Assembly (NCBI GenBank): GCA_039794005.1
Contig: JBAMMA010000017.1
Location: forward strand, 1-64,000
Direction of reading: 5' to 3'
Length of the DNA stretch: 64,000 nucleotides
Origin: Thermoplasmata archaeon
Lineage (GTDB): Archaea > Thermoplasmatota > Thermoplasmata > Thermoplasmatales > ARK-15
Below are positions 61,543 to 64,000 of the stretch, in pieces. The stretch's first letter is position 1. Each line of letters opens with the position of its first letter. Both the position numbers and the translations under genes were made by a program. The notes under the pieces were generated by a model. The model had not been told where the DNA came from. It made no database searches and was given only the letters and a program-made list of their open reading frames with translations.

Positions 61543-61637
61543 AAATATTTAAATTTTTTCCTTAAAATACCAAATTCTTTTAAGAAAAGCTTTATATAAA
61601 AATTATATATTAACACACAGAATAAAGGTGATGGTAA

Positions 61638-61859
61638 ATGGCTGATGAAACACTTTCTCAAAATGCAAAGAAAGTATATGAGGCAATGAAAAAGCTAGGA
61701 GCGACATCTGAAGATAAGATGAAAACAGCAGATGATATAATGAAGGCTGCAGGTATTGGTAAAGGCATCGTAAATAATGCGTTGCAGGAATTACAGAACA
61801 AGGGTTATGTAAAAAGGGTAGCTAGGCAAAAGAGCGCCGGATATTATATTCTAAAATGA
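61638..61859 (+). CDS. Small basic winged-helix DNA-binding protein
   Basis: 73 aa with 12 Lys, 2 Arg and 8 Asp/Glu. HTH KTADDIMKAAGIGKGIVNNALQELQNKGYVKR. BRE-TATA near 61582-61598 and a GGTGA SD. Confidence 0.85.
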   Translation: MADETLSQNAKKVYEAMKKLGATSEDKMKTADDIMKAAGIGKGIVNNALQELQNKGYVKRVARQKSAGYYILK

Positions 61860-61861
61860 TT

Positions 61862-63616
61862 TTATAATCCCCAGAACGGGTCATCTTTTCTTTTTATTTT
61901 GATTATTTCATTTAATATTTCATTTTCTTCATAAGTCAATTCAAAATTTTTCAATTCTTTAACGTCATTTTCATTTAAATCAGAATAAAGGATATCTCCT
62001 GGTTTTACATTTCTTCCAATAACTGCATCTGAAATGGCAATTGCTACCTCTGACCCCATGCCCGCTTCTTTCAACACTTCCTCGTTTATTCTAATGCTTT
62101 TTATTTCTCCCACATTCTTATTTTCTTCTGTCATCAATTTCATTCCTACCTTTATTGTTCCTCCTAAAACTCTTACACCAACTATCGCTGGCTTGGAGGT
62201 CCTGAATATAAATCCTTCAAGTATCTTTATCTTTGCAGGAAATGTTATATTCTTTCTCTTTTCTTCTTCAATTTTCTTTTTTATTTTTTCCACCGTTTCA
62301 ACATACTTGTCCAAAATTTGGTATAATACATTTCCCTCAATTATCTCTACTTTTGAGGCAGATTGATATATTTCTTGTGGTACTTTGACATTATAGGCAA
62401 TTATTATTCTCTTATATGGATCTTCAGATGTTTCAGCATCTACCAGGTCTCTCTTTGAAACTTCACCAATATCAGCTTTTTTGATGGGTACGTTCATTTT
62501 GCTTAATTCATAATATAGAGCTTCCAGGGATCCTTTGGCATCTGCTTTTATAACAATACCATCCTCAGATAATTTCAAATCAATTATATTTTCAGCCTTT
62601 ACCTGTTCTATAATCTTATCCAGATTATCTAAACTCGCTACCATTAATGTTCCACCGGGAATTACATTATCTAAATCTGGAGCAACGATCTTTATACCTG
62701 CAGCAGCAGAGACTTCAGTTACCTGCTGAAATGGATCTTTTGGATCCATTATTTCATTTAAGGGCTTTGGTTTTAATAATGCCTTCACCTTAGTTACAAC
62801 AGGTTGATTTTTACCGGAAACAACTATGATATCATTCTTTTTTATTACACCCTGATGCAAGATTACATCAAGTGTTTTACCTAATCCCTTTACCTCCTTC
62901 ACTTCTAAAACAGTTCCTACTCCTGGTCCATCTTCAACCCTCAATTCTTTTTCAAGGTATTTCTGGGCCAAACCGATTAATACCAAAAGCAAATCTGCAA
63001 TACCAATATACAATTTAGAGCTAACTGGGATTATTGCAACATTTTTTGTAAAATCTGATATTCTATCATATCTTTCTGCAGAGAAACCATGAGAATATAA
63101 TTGTTCAGCAATTTCATATATCTCTTTGTCCAAGGCCATTTTAACCGTATCACTTTGCTCTTTTATACCAACAATAAATGGCTTATTTTGTGAATTTCTC
63201 CATCCTGGTATTAAATCTATCTTTGTAGCGGCAACAACAAATGGTGTCTTATACCTTTTTAATATATTTATACTTTCAACAGTCTGCGGCATTATTTTTT
63301 CCCTTATATCAATAACCAAAACAGCTATATCTGCCAAAGATCCTCCCCTTGCCCTTAAACTCATGAATGCTTCATGGCCAGGGGTATCAATAAATAAAAG
63401 GCCTGGAACCTTAAAGTTTTTCTCTTTTATTAATGATCCGCATATTTCGTAAATCGTTTCCAATGGAATCTCGGTTGCACCTATATGTTGTGTGATCCCA
63501 CCATGTTCTTTTTTTGCTATAGATGTGCCCCTAATTGCATCTAATAAGGATGTTTTTCCATGGTCAACGTGACCTAATACCCCTATTATAGGTTGTCTTA
63601 TCCTTTGAGTCACCAT
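61862..63616 (-). CDS. infB: Translation initiation factor aIF5B (IF-2)
   Basis: GHVDHGKT, GGITQHIGA, DTPGHEAF, TKID. No intein. Confidence 0.97.
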   Translation of the reverse strand: MVTQRIRQPIIGVLGHVDHGKTSLLDAIRGTSIAKKEHGGITQHIGATEIPLETIYEICGSLIKEKNFKVPGLLFIDTPGHEAFMSLRARGGSLADIAVLVIDIREKIMPQTVESINILKRYKTPFVVAATKIDLIPGWRNSQNKPFIVGIKEQSDTVKMALDKEIYEIAEQLYSHGFSAERYDRISDFTKNVAIIPVSSKLYIGIADLLLVLIGLAQKYLEKELRVEDGPGVGTVLEVKEVKGLGKTLDVILHQGVIKKNDIIVVSGKNQPVVTKVKALLKPKPLNEIMDPKDPFQQVTEVSAAAGIKIVAPDLDNVIPGGTLMVASLDNLDKIIEQVKAENIIDLKLSEDGIVIKADAKGSLEALYYELSKMNVPIKKADIGEVSKRDLVDAETSEDPYKRIIIAYNVKVPQEIYQSASKVEIIEGNVLYQILDKYVETVEKIKKKIEEEKRKNITFPAKIKILEGFIFRTSKPAIVGVRVLGGTIKVGMKLMTEENKNVGEIKSIRINEEVLKEAGMGSEVAIAISDAVIGRNVKPGDILYSDLNENDVKELKNFELTYEENEILNEIIKIKRKDDPFWGL

Positions 63617-63708
63617 ATTGATCTTTCTATATTGTATAAAATATCAGATAAATTAAAATTTCCTTATTTTCAAAAAGGATTTATAAATTTATTTTTTATA
63701 GATAATTA

Positions 63709-63794
63709 GCCGCGGTAGCCTAGCCCGGATAAAGGCGGTAGACTCGAGATCTACTGTCCGAAAGGACTCGGGAGTTCAAATCTCCCCCGCGGCG
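63709..63794 (+). tRNA. tRNA-Ser (CGA)
   Basis: GCCGCGG acceptor stem, anticodon arm GTAGA-CTCGAGA-TCTAC, long variable arm GTCC-GAAA-GGAC, T-arm GGGAG-TTCAAAT-CTCCC, G discriminator. TATA upstream and T-tract downstream. Confidence 0.96.
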
Positions 63795-63838
63795 TTTTTA
63801 AAAGAAAATTAAAATTCATGATTTTATTATTCTCTAAC

Positions 63839-64000
63839 ATGAAGATTATTAGTGGTCCTAGGTCACTAATGCTTTCTTCTAGATTATCTGAAATAACTGG
63901 AATACCACTTGCACATACTGAATTTAAAAGGTTTCCTGATGGTGAAGCATATGTTAGGATCCATGAAAATCTGGATAATGAAGATGTTATATTTATACAA
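63839..64000 (+). CDS. prs: Ribose-phosphate pyrophosphokinase, N-terminal part (continues beyond the window)
   Basis: Not in the ORF track. Translation MKIISGPRSLMLSSRLSEITGIPLAHTEFKRFPDGEAYVRIHENLDNEDVIFIQ contains the FPDGE.YVR signature. Confidence 0.9.
   Translation, partial: MKIISGPRSLMLSSRLSEITGIPLAHTEFKRFPDGEAYVRIHENLDNEDVIFIQ

Noticed and set aside
61862-63616. Intein in aIF5B
   Set aside because: Normal length (584 aa), contiguous G-domain motifs, no intein splice motifs.

Overview
A compact, very AT-rich archaeal chromosome segment. Gene content and protein sequences point to Thermoplasmata: gatDE, eS1, eL15, Rpo3, thermosome, fibrillarin, a bipartite lipoate ligase and a Thermoplasma-type TrxR. 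This taxonomic call is by recognition, not by a search. The window holds about 55 CDSs, mostly housekeeping, and three tRNAs: Gly-GCC, intron-containing elongator Met-CAT and Ser-CGA. Peptide and amino-acid catabolism is prominent (S53 protease, prolidase, urocanase, ALDH7, acetoacetate-CoA ligase and a probable ATP-conserving arginine synthetase ArcE), alongside a K+-independent H+-pyrophosphatase. No CRISPR array, transposase, integrase, prophage gene or intein was seen. Best leads: (1) the ArcE-like gene and its divergent orphan partner, which share a perfect 14-bp palindrome; (2) an inactive+active KaiC-like ATPase pair; (3) an MFS exporter coupled to a multi-repeat COG1361 surface protein, facing an 11-repeat surface protein; (4) a small basic wHTH chromatin-protein candidate beside a perfect 16-bp operator-like palindrome; (5) a structured eL15 leader; (6) a tiny GC-rich sRNA/sORF candidate with an anti-SD-like tail; (7) a SecB-like ORF coupled to an Lrp regulator; (8) a TrxR lacking the NADPH-binding motif. 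All calls were made by eye, and several start codons were moved from the ORF track to the nearest SD-supported or non-overlapping ATG.
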